Source: Heptranchias perlo (lineage: Eukaryota). From it: 64,000 nt of DNA. Below the pieces are notes generated by a model. That model was not told where the DNA came from, did no database searches, and worked only from the letters and a program-made list of their open reading frames with translations. Location: the NCBI RefSeq assembly GCF_035084215.1, contig NC_090357.1, positions 16,554,001 through 16,618,000 of the forward strand, in the 5' to 3' direction. Positions 25,721-39,845 of the stretch are shown here, piece after piece. Each line of letters opens with the position of its first letter. Positions within the stretch are counted from its first letter, which is position 1. The position numbers were made by a program, and so were the translations under genes.

Positions 25721-27526
25721 ACTTTTTAATGGTGAATTAATACATCTTCAGGGAGTGGGGGGGGGGACAGGAAACTTTTTTTTTTCCATATCGGGTTGAG
25801 GTATAGTTTTGAGGCAAAGTTTATTAGCGGCAACCGAGCAGGACGGTGCTGTAATTTTGCGGCTGTTTTATCGATGCAGCTGTTCATTTACGCATGAATC
25901 ATTTCTGGGGCTTAACGTCCAGCTCGCCCGCAGAGGCCGATTAACAGCAACCCTCGTGCTTTTCCTGTTAATCTTGTCACTTGCCTCTCTTTTTTTAAAA
26001 AAAAACATTTTCGTTAAAGTACGAAACTGCACTAACATGGCCCTAAATACAAGTCATCTTTTTTTTAGACGCAGGCGCTCTTGCAAGTGTTATCTTCGAT
26101 CTACCGCGTAAAAGAGGTTTATTTTTATCTAAAAATCGGAATGATTGAAAAATATGCGTAGTCCATAATTTCAGTTGAACCGCACTTAAAATTGGGAACG
26201 ATTTTATGCTTGGTGGTACTGTGTGTGTAAAGTGCCAAAGAGAGATGATGATGCAAGTTTTCCATGTGATTTTTTTTTCCCCTGTTTATGCCAGTTGACG
26301 AGGTGTTCAGTGGCGAATCGACTGTTTGGCAGAAGAATGGAGAAACTTGTGTGCAAATCTGTTCATTTCTTCTGGTTCAAGAATGATGTTGCTAAAGCTC
26401 TAGATACAAGTTGTTTGCCCTATGTGGGAAAGTGAGGGGTGGAAACAGCTGGGGAACTATAATTGATCAGATGGATTCGATTTATCTCAGTAGGGTAGCG
26501 ATAGATCCATTTATGTTATGCTGGGTATTCAATAGCTTGTTTCACTTTGTGGATTCCAAACCTATGTCCAAATGGCCCAGAATTTGCTGTAGCTGGTGCC
26601 CACCATTAGTTAGTCTCCCCCCCCCCCCCCCCCCCCTTGCCAGTTTAATTTCCATTATATTTTGCACTGTAAGTTGTTGGAAGTGGGAGAGGGAGATAGT
26701 GTGGTGCCCTCTACAGGACATCTTTGATCTGTGTGAACAGGGCAAGCAACTGTGTCTGAACAAGAAAGTAAGTTAGAATAGTGAAATCAATGTCAAATCA
26801 GGCACAGGAAGAGAAAGAGAGGGAAAGAAAGATTGGATTAAGAGAGAGGAAAAAAAGTGTTTTTTAAAAATTAATTACATTTTAAAAAAATGTTCAACAA
26901 CAAAACCTGCAGGAATGAGAATCCTCACTTGTAATAGTTCATTTTCAGTGCCAGAGAGGTTGTTTGGTAGTACTTAACACTTATCTCACTGTTTAAATAG
27001 GGTACTAAGGCTGAAATGGACAAGCCCTAACTTTCTGTGGTGAGTTTAGTTCATATCTCCTGTGCAAGTACAGGAACTTCATGCTGTTTAATGCATTTCA
27101 ATGGTGAGTCAGCCAGTGAGATGCCATTAGCCTCAGTTATTTTGACAGCAAATTCTGGGCCAGTGTGGATTTTTTCAGGTGTAGTCAACATTGCAGTCTT
27201 GTAATTGATTAACCATAATCCCAATGAATGATGTGAAGTAATAAGTAATTGAAGAATTTTATAATGCTGAATAAATCAAATCTATTGGTTCACTTAAGTT
27301 TTTGTAGATGGAGACAGCTTCAGATTCTGCACTGCTTTCAGTTCTGTGCAAACACTTAAAAATGTGTAGAATTGAGGAGATAGGAGCAGAGAATCAAAAT
27401 AATTCTTTGGCTCAATCATAAAATGGGGCTTTAGGTTTTGAGTGCCATTCACTGACAATGTATTGCAGTACTTGGCCTTTACTATTTTATGGAATTGCTA
27501 TTTAGATTGGAATTGATGGGAGGAAA

Positions 27527-28982
27527 TTTTTTTTTTATTCATTCATGGGATGTAGGGGTCGCTGGCAAGTCCAGCATTTATTGCCCAACCCTAGTTGCCC
27601 TCGAGAAGGTGGTGGTGAGCCGCCGCCTTGAACAGCTGCAGTCCGTGTGGTGAAGGTTCTCCCGCAGTGCTGTTAAGTAGGGAGTTCCAGGATTTTGACC
27701 CAGCAACGATGAAGGAACAGCGATATATTTCCAAGTCAGGATGGTGTGTGACTTGGAGGGGAATGTGCAGGTGTTGTTCCCATGTACCTACTGCCCTTGT
27801 CGTTCTAGGTGGTAGAGGGCATGGGTTTGGGAGGTGCTGTCGAAGAAGCCTTGGCGCGTTGCTGCAGTGCATCCTGTGGATGGTACACACTGCAGCCACT
27901 GTGTGCCGGTGGTGAAGGGAGTGAATGTTTAGGGTGGTGAATGGGGTGCCAATCAAGCGAACTGCTTTGTCCTGGATGGTGTCGAGCTTCGAGTGTTGTT
28001 GGAGCTGCACTCATCCAGGCAAGTGGACAGTATTCCATCACACCCCTGACTTGTGTCTTGTAGATGCTGGAAAGGCTTTGGGGAGTCAGGTGAGTCACTG
28101 GCTGCAGAATACCCAGCCTTTGACCTGCTCTTGTAGCCACAGTATTTATGTGGCTGGTCCAGTTAAGTTTCTGGTCAATGGTGACCCCCAGGATGTTGAT
28201 GGTGGGGGATTCGGCAATGGTAATGCCATTGAATGTCAAGGGGAGGTGATTAGACACTCTCTTGTTGGAGATGGTCATTGCCTGGCACTTGTCTGGCGTG
28301 AATGTTACTTGCCACTTATCAGCCCAAGCCTGGATGTTGTCCAGGTCTTGCTGCATGCGGGCTCGGACTGCTTCATTATCTGAGGGGTTGCGAATGGAAC
28401 TGAACACTGTGCAATCATCAGCGAACATCCCCATTTCTGACCTTATGATGGAGGGAAGGTCATTGATGAAGCAGCTGAAGATGGTTGGGCCTAGGACACT
28501 GCCCTGAGGAACTCCTGCAGCAATGTCCTGGGGCTGAGATGATTGGCCTCCAACAAACACTACCATCATGCTTTGTGCTAGGTATGACTCCAGCCACTGG
28601 AGAGTTTTCCCCCTGATTCCCATTGATTTCAGTTTTACTAGGGCTCCTTGGTTCCACACTCTGTCAAATGCTGCCTTGATGTCAAGGGCAGTCACTTTCA
28701 CCTCACCTCTGGAATTCAGCTCTTTTGTCCATGTTTGGACCAAGGCTGTAATGAGGTCTGGAGCAGAGTGGTCCTGGCGGAACCCAAACTGAGCATCGGT
28801 GAGCAGGTTATTGGTGAGTAAGTGCCGCTTGATAACACTGTGCTGATGATTAAGAGTAGACTGATGGGGTGATAATTAGCCGGATTGGATTTGGCTGCTT
28901 TTTGTGAACAGGACATACTTGGCCAATTTTCCACATTGTCGGGTAGATGCCAGTGTTGTAACTGTACTGGAACAGCTTGGCT
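27527..28982 (-). mobile_element. 5'-truncated CR1-group LINE (RT), same family as 40979-44244
   Basis: LDIKAAFDRVW, PQGSVLGP, MFADDCT; 3' tail gggcaataaatgctgg...catcccatgaatgaataaaaaa. Confidence 0.92.
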
Positions 28983-29026
28983 TCTTCTGTGTACATCTGA
29001 CATTTTCCTTTTTGTTTTCTAAATAG

Positions 29027-29110
29027 ATGACTGGGTTGGACATAGAAAAAGATAAAATCATAGAAATGGCTTGCATTATAACCGATTCGGATTTGAATAT
29101 TTTAGCTGAG
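29027..29110 (+). CDS. REXO2: REXO2 exon 2
   Basis: aaatag|[28 protein letters not shown]|gtaag; 84 nt. Confidence 0.97.
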
Positions 29111-29241
29111 GTAAGATGTCTTAAAATTTCCTTTAGGATGCACCCCTGGAAAAAAGAGGGGATTTAAAATGGTGTCTCTTCTAGATGTGTTTTATGTTCC
29201 AAAATAAAGTGACTGTCACTGGTGTTTCTTTTTGTTATCAG

Positions 29242-29319
29242 GGTCCACATTTGATTATTAACCAACCAAATGAGCTGCTGGATGGCATGTCAGACTGGTG
29301 TACGGAACATCATGGAAAT
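29242..29319 (+). CDS. REXO2: REXO2 exon 3
   Basis: tatcag|GPHLIINQPNELLDGMSDWCTEHHGN|gtaag; 78 nt. Confidence 0.97.
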
Positions 29320-30259
29320 GTAAGGTGCTGCCTAGTATTTTTCAGTTATACTGGCACCTCTGCACAGCTAATAATTCGCATGCATGCATCTGAATTGCTG
29401 ACCCTGCCTAATCTTTCTTTCTTTCTACCCACTCTCTTCAAAACAGCAATCAGTTAATATCAAACTTCCTTGTGACAGTCCATGTGATATGTCCTGTTCT
29501 GGTTCAGAACTTGGGTTGCCCATATATCAACAATAGTCACTGTACTTCAAAGATAATTCATTGTAAAATGCTTTTGAAATATTTCAATTTTGTTCCCTGT
29601 GCATTTTCCCTAGTTTAAATAGATTCTTTTTGAAGTCACCTTGGAGGACTATGTCATGTAATGTCCTCTGTTTTTCCACTTCCAATTCTATTGAAATCGC
29701 TATTGTAGATCTTACTTATCTAATGTTGTTCTTTGGCTCTGTGACTGCTTTGATTTCAGCTTTCTGTGATGTACCACGTCAAAGTTAATAGTTTTAATTT
29801 TCTGTCTTGTGTACCTAAATAGATGATGAACTTGATATAAACAGCATATTTTGTTTTATTGCATATATTGCTTGTGGGAGTCGATGGAAAAAGATATTAA
29901 TGTAATGGAATTTTTTGTCGATGGATCACTCTGTTTGCACTTCATGTCAACTTTCCCATTACAAATTCCTGTGTTCACGCGCACAATGGAAACTGCCTAT
30001 TTAAACTTGCCACATTGTAATTACACTCAACAATGGTGACACTACAGCACCACCACTGGTGGGAGAATGTAATTACAAGACCAGTTTAAATGTGTAGTTT
30101 CCATTATAAATGTGGGCATAAGAATTTATAATGAGAATATATAAAAATAAGGAAAGAATGCATGAATTTCAGATAGCTCAATGGTTCTAAATTAAATCTG
30201 CACACCCTGGTCCAGCATCACTTCACCTAAAAACTACACTTGCACTTCAGTCATGTATA

Positions 30260-30840
30260 ATAAGAACATAAGACATAAGAACATAAGAAATAGGAGCAGG
30301 AGTAGGCCAATCGGCCCCTCGAGCCAGCTCTGCCATTCAATAAGATCATGGCTGATCTGATCCTAACCTCAAATCTAAATTCATGTCCAATTTCCTGCCC
30401 GCTCCCCGTAACCCCTAATTCCCTTTACTTCTAGGAAACTGTCGATTTCTGTTTTAAATTTATTTAATGTAGCTTCCACAGCTTCCTGGGGCAGCAAATT
30501 CCACAGACCTACTACCCTCTGAGTGAAGAAGTTTCTCCTCATCTCAGTTTTGAAAGAGCAGCCCCTTATTCTAAGATTATGCCCCCTAGTTCTAGTTTCA
30601 CCCATCCTTGGGAACATCCTTACCGCATCCACCCGATCAGGCCCCTTCACAATCTTATATGTTTCAATAAGATCGCCTCTCATTCTTCTGAACTCCAATG
30701 AGTAGAGTCCCAATCTACTCAACCTCTCCTCATATGTCTGCCCCCTCATCCCCGGGATTAACCGGGTGAACCTTCTTTGTACTGCCTCGAGAGCAAGTAT
30801 GTCTTAAGTATGGACACCAAAACTGTATGCAGTATTCCAC
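30260..30840 (-). mobile_element. CR1 LINE 3' fragment
   Basis: YEERLSRLGLYSLEFRRMRGDLIETYK; (taagaaca)n tail. Confidence 0.9.
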
Positions 30841-31131
30841 AGGAAATTTGACTAGTGTCAATCATTTTATAAAGACATTGAGCGGGGGGAGTAAATATGA
30901 AGGAAATGTCAGTTGATGAATAAAGTGTTAATTCTGAAAACATAAACGCTACATAAGTTTTTTTGAGATTTCACTGTGATGAGGTGTTAATATAAATTGG
31001 TGCAATGGCAGGAGATTGCCACAGTTGTGGATTTTTTTGTAATGGTGTATATAAATGTTATCTCTGCAGCTAAGAACCTGTACACCTGGCTTCAAAACAG
31101 TGAATATACTTTTTTTGACCTTTCCTTGCAG

Positions 31132-31243
31132 TCAGGTCTCACACAGGCAGTGCGGAACAGCAAGATCAGCCTGCAGCAAGCAGAATATGAGTTTCTGTCT
31201 TTTGTACGCCAGCACACCCCACCAGGCCTTTGTCCTCTTGCAG
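31132..31243 (+). CDS. REXO2: REXO2 exon 4
   Basis: ttgcag|[38 protein letters not shown]|gtatg; 112 nt. Confidence 0.97.
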
Positions 31244-31748
31244 GTATGTCAGATTAACTCAGTGTAATATCTGGCTTGCATTGGGTTTTTTTCATTGATA
31301 CTGTTGGTGCCGAAGAAGCTTTATCCATTACGGTAATGTTGTGCTTCTTGATATCAACAAGTATGAACACTCTTGAATGTGTAGGGATCACTTATGAGTG
31401 GTCAAAGAAACAGAAGCCAAAAATATATTTCCAGAACAAGAAGGGTTAAAAGAATCAAATTGTATTGGGGGGAATAGCTTTTTCTAGCAAGGGATGAGCC
31501 TGCTCAAAGTACTTGGTCACTTAATTTGATTTATACAAGTAGACAGTCTTGTACTGTAACTCCTGATCATCCTTGCTCAGTTTGAGGATCTATTCATCAG
31601 TCAGGCTGCTTTTTAAAATGACAAACTCGAGGCTCCCAGATGAAGAATTACCAGTATGTGCAAACACCCATGGAGCATACGCTTGCATGAGTTAGCGTCC
31701 TTAAGGAGAGGAGAGCAGAAAATTAATGTTCTAAACATCTACTTCTAG

Positions 31749-31857
31749 GAAATTCAGTCCACGCTGATAAAAAGTTTCTGGATAAGTATATGCCACAGTT
31801 CATGAGGCACTTGCATTACAGAATAATTGATGTCAGCACCATCAAGGAATTATGCAG
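31749..31857 (+). CDS. REXO2: REXO2 exon 5
   Basis: ttctag|(G)[35 protein letters not shown](R)|gtaac; 109 nt. Confidence 0.97.
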
Positions 31858-32575
31858 GTAACAAGTTTACTGTTTTATTTAAAATTGATGGTTGTTACTG
31901 AGTTGGACTTCCAGCACAGGACTAAGCAGCTACAGTATTAAAATACAAAGTTAGTGTTTTTATGTTAATACTAGGGTACCTCTTTAGCAACTTGGGTAAA
32001 CCACACTTTTTTATTGCTCTGCTGTTGACTTTCATTGGAGCCCACTGCATCCAATGGGTGCCTACCATGGTAAGATTGTTGCTTGTATGCAGCACATAAT
32101 ATAAAGTCCATTTAGGTTAAATTGCAGTAGACAGACTGCAGCTGCCTGATTGACAGCTATTTTAATACAGGGCAATGCACTTTTTACTTTTCTGAATTGT
32201 TTCAAGATACAAGACTAATGTTCTAGGCTTACTTTTTGAAAGAGCTACTGGGGGGAAAAATCCTGTATTTCCATTGTTGTATTTTTTTTTGGTGGCATCA
32301 AAATTAACAAGCTTCAAAATGGAATTCAGCAAACACCAGATTGTTTAACAACTTTTGGAACTGATGAGACTAAAGTACTGATATGTCCTGCTCACAATAA
32401 TTCTGTGTTGTAATTAGATCTGTAGTTCTATTCAATAGTGATACAGTTTTTCCATACAAGTTGTACAACTTTTTTTGATTCATCAACTCTAAAAGTTTAT
32501 ACTGCTGACTATCCAACTCAAATCTCAATCTAGGTTTACAGAACAATGTTTATTATTTGCTTTTGATGCTTTCAG

Positions 32576-32629
32576 ACGCTGGTATCCAGATGAATATGAA
32601 GATGCGCCAAAGAAGAAAGCTTCACACAG
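32576..32629 (+). CDS. REXO2: REXO2 exon 6
   Basis: tttcag|RWYPDEYEDAPKKKASH(R)|gtaag; 54 nt; catalytic His. Confidence 0.95.
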
Positions 32630-33414
32630 GTAAGTAATGCCTATCATCACTAACTATTTGGAGGAATAATAGAAAAAGAGCAGACTTGTTTGTTAAAACC
32701 ATACATTTTCAGCCATGAAACTTAAGTTCAAATACAGCTCACAAAAAAAAGTGTGTAAAGTCCTCCTTGAAGGAGATCAGCTAGTGCACTGATAATACCA
32801 CTCTTTTTGCCTCTGCAAACTATGTATCCAGGCCAGAGAAGTTTTTTTTTAAAATCCCACTGTTCCTCTGATTCCTAATGGCTGAAAGTGTAATAAACCT
32901 TGGATAGTCTTGATCCATTTTTCTGTCTCTAGTGACATTCGACACAGTTGCTTCTATTTAGCTGTATTTTTGCAATCTTGTTCTAGAGGGCCATAAAGAT
33001 GACATAGATATGAAAATATCCTGATGGTATTATTACAAGTGTAAAATGCTGAGGCAAGGTTAATGTAGATGAAAGTAGGCTAACTTGGACTCTGCCGAAA
33101 TGGAGCACATGAGCACAAAATTAACAAGCTTCAAACAGATGAAGACAATATCAGACTTAGTTGTGAGGCTCTGGTTGAATAGCTTACACAGTGGTTGTTG
33201 ACAGGTTATAGTTGAACAGTAAATATCTTGTGTAAAGGTGCTGGTGTCTTTGGAATTGTGATACAACATAACCCTTTGCCTTCAGGAGAGGAGGAAGAAA
33301 GTTGGGAACACTAATGCATTATTTCAAGATTTAATAATGCATTATTTTGCAGAATTTTTAATAGTTTTACTGCAGAAACTAATTCTAGCTCTTAAATCAT
33401 ATCTTACTTTTCAG

Positions 33415-33550
33415 AGCATTAGATGACATCCAGGAGAGCATCAAAGAGCTCCAGTTTTACAGGATACATGTATTTAAAGAAACCAAAGCAGATGAGAAGA
33501 TGATAAAAACTCACTTAGAAAATGGTGACAACAGCAAGCGAGAGAGCTAG
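33415..33550 (+). CDS. REXO2: REXO2 exon 7 (terminal)
   Basis: tttcag|[44 protein letters not shown]; completes HRALDD (ExoIII). Confidence 0.95.
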
Positions 33551-34233
33551 AGCAAAGGGACTGACTGATGGTGCCCAGGAAGATCTCTCAACAAACTTGA
33601 AATGTCAGTTTGCACAGCTTTTGTGCTCAACCATGTTTGGGCACTTGAAAATTAGCTATTTGTGATGTGTAACAGTTAAAAGCAGAGTGTCTAAATTTTT
33701 TTCTGTAGTATTAATCTTTTTATTTGTTACAGCCTTTGCTGATTGAGCAATTGTAATGAAGCCATAGCTAACTGGCTCCTTTTTTGTTCTAATTGGAGCC
33801 TTTGGCCTACGAATCAGCACCACAGCATTAATTTAGTGCACAGCTGCTTTGAATTTTGTGATATTCTTGCATTTATATGTTGCATAATAAATCTGACAAC
33901 ACTTTTTTGCTTATACTTTTTTTTTAAAGTTTCATTCAGTATTCATTTCCATATCTTTCTGGGAGAGGGAGAGTAAAGCTCCAAATTGCAAGTAATGGTG
34001 TTTGTTACTGCCTGTGCATTGACTCTTTCTAGTTTATCTTTATGATCCCAAGCTGCTTTAAAAATCATCTTGCTAGAAACTGGGGTTTATTTTTTTATCA
34101 TGTGTTGAAATGTTTGGTATACATAAGACCATGGATAGGGATAAAGAAGGGTTCTGATTGACTGTCATTGGAAAAGCCCCCAGTAGACCTTTTCACTCAG
34201 CCTCAACTTTATTTGTTAGCACTTCTGCCATGT

Positions 34234-34278
34234 AATAAAAAATGAGCAGTTGAAAATGCACTTTTTATTCAAAATAAA
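34234..34278 (+). terminator. REXO2 candidate polyadenylation signals (AATAAA at 34234 and 34273)
   Basis: Two AATAAA about 0.7 kb after the stop, followed by a GT-rich tract (ttgtgtgtgtcttgg, ~34301-34315). Confidence 0.6.
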
Positions 34279-34504
34279 CCCTGCCTATAACAGCAAAAGG
34301 TTGTGTGTGTCTTGGTTTTACCATCACAAATGAGGCTGGGTAAAATAAATGCACACTTTACTCATTGCTGCCCAATAAGGCAAGTAATCTTTGATGTAGA
34401 CAAGAGCTTTGTCAAGTCTCATAAAATTGCTGAATCTTTTTTCAGATGGAACTTTGGACCAAGGTAATGTAGTGTAGTTTTTAAGGGTATAAAATGGTTC
34501 TTTC

Positions 34505-35000
34505 AACAACAACAACAACAACTTGCATTTCTAAAGTGCCTTTAACATAGTAAAATGTCCCATGGCACTTCATTGTCAAATGTTGTTTGATAATATGCCA
34601 TTGAGCCATATTAGGACAGGGGCCCAAAAGCTTGGTCAAAGTGGTAGGTTTTAAGGAGCGTCTTAAAGGAGGAGGGAGGCGGAGAGTTTTAGGGAAGGAA
34701 TTCCAAGTGTCTGTGGACTCAATATACTGAATGGGCGGGAGGTATTCAAAAGGCTGTTTAGTACAGCTGGTTTTCCACAGTGCTGGCTATTGCCTATTAG
34801 GTGCAAGTAATTGCATCAGCAATTCCCTTATGTTTTTGAAATGCCTTTGACAACCACCTGCATTCATATAGTGCCTTTAACTTGGGAAAATATCCCAAGG
34901 TGCTTCATAGAAGTGTAATCAAATACTAATTGACACTAAGCCAACAAAGATGATACGAGGTGGCGTGACTAAAGGATGAGCTGTTTGGAGAGGTCTTTTC
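34505..35000 (-). mobile_element. Two L2 3' tail fragments
   Basis: (caa)n cttgcattt..agtgcctttaac tails at about 34505 and 34855. Confidence 0.65.
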
Positions 35001-35379
35001 AGAGTTAAGCTTGGGGCCCCAGCTGCAACTGCACGTTCTGAGGTCACTTTCCCCACATGCATTTTGGTGAACTCCATCTTATTTTAGTTTCAGCCTCAGT
35101 TCTTGTATGTACTTCCTATTTATACCTTTATGCAGTTTAGTTAATTAAATTCCAAAATGAGAAGGTTTCCAAGGGTGAAAAAACTCAAAAGGAAGGAAGT
35201 GCAGCTAAATTTCCTGTAGATTTAGGGGTTGCTGTAGCTTTGAGTGACCGTAAACCCATTTATTTACTCTGATACAAAATATATATTAGGGGCTGGATGG
35301 ATGAACGAGTGAGATGTAAGCGTACACTGTAAGGCGGTTTGTTCTGAGGTGCGGGTGAGATGGAAGCTCTGTGGTTCCA

Positions 35380-35790
35380 TTTCATGAAAAACTCCTCGAT
35401 GCATCAATCTGCCGTTTCTATGACAACCGTGGGATGGTAGCTCGGGACAGGCGGTGACCCCGGGCCGGAAGCTTCACTCAGCGGCGCTCCTGAGGTGAGA
35501 GGGGCCGGGGAGAGATCTGAGGGTGGTGGGGTTTTTTTTTTGGGAGGCGCTGCTTGTGCACGCCAGGGATTTCTCGGCCGCCGACCTCAGCGCGTTACTC
35601 GAGAGCGCCCTGGGGCGGGCCTGCGGTTCGGGTTCGCCCCCAGGCTGGAGTTCACGGTGAAGGCCGCTGATCTGCTCCTGTCGTTTTGTGGCAGGAATCG
35701 TCTCTACAAGCTGTCAGTTTCCCGGAATCTCGCCATAGTTGGACTCAGAACCTCCCGTTTTTGTTAAATCAGCTGTTGCTAGGCAATTAG
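35380..35790 (+). promoter_or_regulatory. AAMDC CpG-island promoter and probable non-coding exon 1 (donor GAG|gtgaga after 35494)
   Basis: CpG-rich block with ETS site CCGGAAG (~35466) and X-box-like motifs; no other gene explains it; the next exon (acceptor 38878) carries the ATG. Confidence 0.65.
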
Positions 35791-36769
35791 TGTCAAAAAT
35801 TGAAATTAAATGTGAAATCGGGCATTGCTGTCACGAGTATTTCTGTGAGCAGAGATTTGTTGCCACGTCAGAGTGTTTCTGTCTGGATTTAGTTCCTGAA
35901 TAATCTGCAGTGTGTAAACTGGACCAGTTCTGGGAGTTTGCCAAATTTGATGTTGCAGAAGTTTCCATACTTGCAACAATGGGATTTCTTTTGTTCTAGT
36001 AATAGTGTGTGATGACAACTTGTTGTCCACTCTATAAACCTAGTATTTTATGCTGTTTTATTTAGGATCCATTATTACTGTGCTTAAAACGTTCATAGGG
36101 TTGTTACATGTATGGGTCCCAGACCTGCACCTCCTCTGTGGAGACAGTTCTCTTATCCTCTTACCCAGTGACAGTGGAGTTCTGCTCACTGGCTGCTACT
36201 TGCCAGTCATATTTTAACGTGTCTTTTGGAAATCCATATAGACAACATCCCTAGATACTCCCCTGTCCACTACTTTAATGACTGCCTCAAAAAATTCAAC
36301 TACTTCAGTCAGACATGACCTGGCCTTCACAAATCCATGCTAACTCTTTGATTAGCTCATGCTTGTTCAAGTATTCAATCAATCTTTCTCTGATGGCAGA
36401 TTTTTTAAAATGGTGTTCCGTTTCTATGGGTTGACAAAATATGAAGTAAACATAAAATGCTATATGCAAGTTCTCTGAATAACAATCTTGGCCTTATGTG
36501 CATTTCAATGAAAGAGACTTGCAGGTAATCAGATAAAAAGTTGATTGGAAAACTCAGTTTTTTTAAGTTAATTATTAATCAAAGATTCATCCCATTATGA
36601 ATCTTCTGAAACTACTGTAGGAAGAATGGAACATGAAAATTCATAAGACCATAAAAACATAGCATCACAAACGGTTCTATAAGTAAACTTAACAATTTCA
36701 GTATTGGGATGGAGGCACTAGACTGGCTTAAAGCATTCAAATAAAATAAACCCATTGTGATGGACAGTG

Positions 36770-38100
36770 CATACTTGAGGGTGGTAAGTGAGATTGGAGC
36801 CCAAATCAACAAAGTACTAACAGTTGTCATGAAGGAATCAATGAACATGCAAGAGATCCCACTACATTGGAAACCAGCTAATGTATCTATTTTCACAAAA
36901 AAGGCAACAATATTAATCTTAGTAACTACAGACCCATTAGTCATACATCAATAACTGGCAAAATAATAGAATTGATCGTTAAGAACAAACTAGAAGATTA
37001 GTTGTAAGAAAATAAGCTTACAAAAAAGTAGGAAAATCATGGCATTTTTGAGGAGGTCATGTCTCAAATTGATTGTGGGAAGCCCTGTAATGAAGTCTTC
37101 CAGAAACCCATTTAATGATGTTCGGCATTGTAGGCTACTATATTAGGAAGTGGTTATTCATGGTAAACCTGGATGTGGATCAGGATTTGGCTGAAAGAGG
37201 TGAAGCAGTGAGTATGAGGTGGGGGGTGATGAGTTGGGGAGATATACTGAGCAAAATGCTCCAGGGATCAGTGCTGGGTCACTACTGTTCTTAATCTATG
37301 TAAACAACTTGGATTCAGAAAGAAAATACCATTTAGTAAAATTCTCAGAAGATACTAATCTGGGGGAGGTGGTCAATTGAGTCTTACGAGGCAGCCAATG
37401 AACTATAGAAGGACCTAAATAAAATTTGCAAATGGGCAGAGCAATGGCAGATGAAATTCAGAAGGACAAGTAAGGGCTATTGGAAGGAAGAGTGGGAGAC
37501 GCACTTAATGAATAATAATGGACTCATAAGGGGAGAGCCTGAAAGAGATCTGTCGGTGATAGCAGGCTCAACAGTTAGTATGTACAGTTATTGCAGAGCA
37601 GCAGTCAATAAAAATAACAGGCTGCTAAGCAATATTGCCAAATCAGTAGGATTTAAGTAAGGAAAAAAGACATAATAGTTGCATCACGAAGATATGTACA
37701 GATGAGGGAGGACATCCATCCCATTTAATTTATCCTCCCATGACTGAATTATAAAAATAGATAAGCTGGAGAAACTTGGACTCAAATGCAAAGGGACCAT
37801 CTAAAAGCATATGATATGAGTGGAATAGAAAATATAAACCTGGAGCATCATTTTAAGTTAAACCGTCACTGCACAACAAACTAGGAAAAGGCAAGAACAA
37901 GACTTATATCATGAAGGACTTCATCACATAAAGAGTGATTGGCACTTGGAATGGAATTCAGGGTAGCAAGTGGAGACAAAAACTCCGGAATCATTGAAGA
38001 AACGGTAGGATGCTGTGATTTGGGGACTGTAGGTTTCCATGAAAGGATTGAGTTAGATGGGTCAAATGGCCTCCCTCTTCGGTACTTATTTTTGTAACGT
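36770..38100 (+). mobile_element. Old degenerate CR1 RT region
   Basis: IPLHWKPANVxIF, PQGSVLGxLLF, KFSEDT, WAEQWQMKF; many stops. Confidence 0.75.
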
Positions 38101-38885
38101 AACTTATCTTTATTTCCATGGCAATTTTTTCCCCTTTTGAAGGGTGGTGACTCGAACTGGAGTCTGGTTCCGTGGATGCCAGCAACCCTTCAGTACCTCA
38201 CCCAAGTGGCTATTGTTCATGTGTGAACTTAGTGCGTTGGCAAGCTAGTTGACCATCAGCCTGATCCTGTTCTTATCCAACGTCCAAATTTCTATCATTA
38301 AGAATCCAAATCTTTAGGCCTATTTACCATGTAATTGGTTTGTCATTGAAGTAATCTATTAATTATGGTAAAAAAACATATGATTGACTTCAAACGCCAA
38401 TGCCATCTGATGTACTGTACCAGAAAGCTCCTAGTCTGGTCTGTGCTGAGTTAGCTAATTTCAGAAGGGGCAGCAGTAGGGGTGCTATAATTGGCCACAT
38501 TACCCTAGGCTAGGAAAAGGAAAAGACAGTCAGGTTTCAACTGGTGTGCCCTTCACTCTTCCATAATCGAATGGCCGGCGAACACTCACTATCATGGCTT
38601 ACACCTGTAGAATGGTCTCTTGGGAGGTCTGCATGTGTGAATCCATACCTTGGCATGAGACAAAGCCTTTAGAGGTGAGAGAAAACCAATGGGAAAGGAA
38701 ATCAGATAAGTTGTATAATAAAAGATTCTTGTGTTGGAAATGCTTATGGTAATTAAAAGGCCTTAGCCACTTTAATGTTGTCCAGCTCCTTTAAATGCAC
38801 CAAATATAACCTGAATAGAATCCGATGGAGTACGTAGTTTGCTATGGAAGCTCAGTTTTTGTTTTCCTACCCCAACAGTGAGTGA

Positions 38886-39038
<153 letters not shown>

Positions 39039-39419
39039 TGAGATGCTGAAAATAATTGTAATCTAGCAAATTGCATAGTTTAAAACAGTATAATTTGTAT
39101 ATATTGTCTTCTGGCAGATAGCATAAAAGGGCTTTGTTGTCAACGCGGAAAGAGGTTTCAAGTAGAACAGAATGCTGTGAAAACTGATCCATAAAGGTGC
39201 TCTGCAGATTCCATGTCTAGATATTATGATTTTTGCAATGCAAACTTTTACTTTAAATTCAAGAAAATACTTTCAAGAAAATACATTCAGCAAAAAGAAT
39301 AGACACTTCTAGCAACAGTTTTCAACAGTGGAATCCAACAGCTAAAGGGGATCATCACAACAATATCTAAATGCAAGGCAGAAGTTAATATTGGTACATA
39401 TCAATAAATTCTTACCTGC

Positions 39420-39845
39420 TTAAAGCTCTGCACCTCCATTACTTTTGTCCTTGAAAGGTTACATCGCTTCCCATGCTATACATATCAATTTTAAGATCCT
39501 TATCCTCATCTTTAAATGCCTCTATGATCTCACTCAGCCTTTTGCACCTACTCTCATCTCTGCTATTCTTGCCCCCTACTCATCTCTCCCCTTTGCCAGC
39601 CATTCTTTTAGCCATCTTACCCTGGCCCTCTAGAACTCCTTCCCAAACCCCTTCGCCTTGCCTCCTTTCAGAATTGATTTCAGAAGTCTACTTATGACTT
39701 TTTTTAGTCAATTCCTTTTTCGACTCTGCCCCTTTACCCATTTTACCTATTCTTCCCTTTTGGTGTCCATTTTCACTTAACCGATCTCTGAAGCATTCTG
39801 GAATGTCTTTCCGACATAAAGAATGCTATATAAATGCAAGTTGTT
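39420..39845 (+). mobile_element. L2 3' fragment
   Basis: INFKILILIFK motif and tail gctatataaatgcaagttgttg. Confidence 0.7.

Noticed and set aside
27225-27275. C/D box snoRNA (ATGATG...CTGA) in REXO2 intron 1
   Set aside because: Too short, no terminal stem and no evident guide sequence.
27925-28507. Antisense ORFs over LINE RT regions (also 43284-43684, 57682-57957)
   Set aside because: Shadow ORFs on the opposite strand of retroelement coding sequence.
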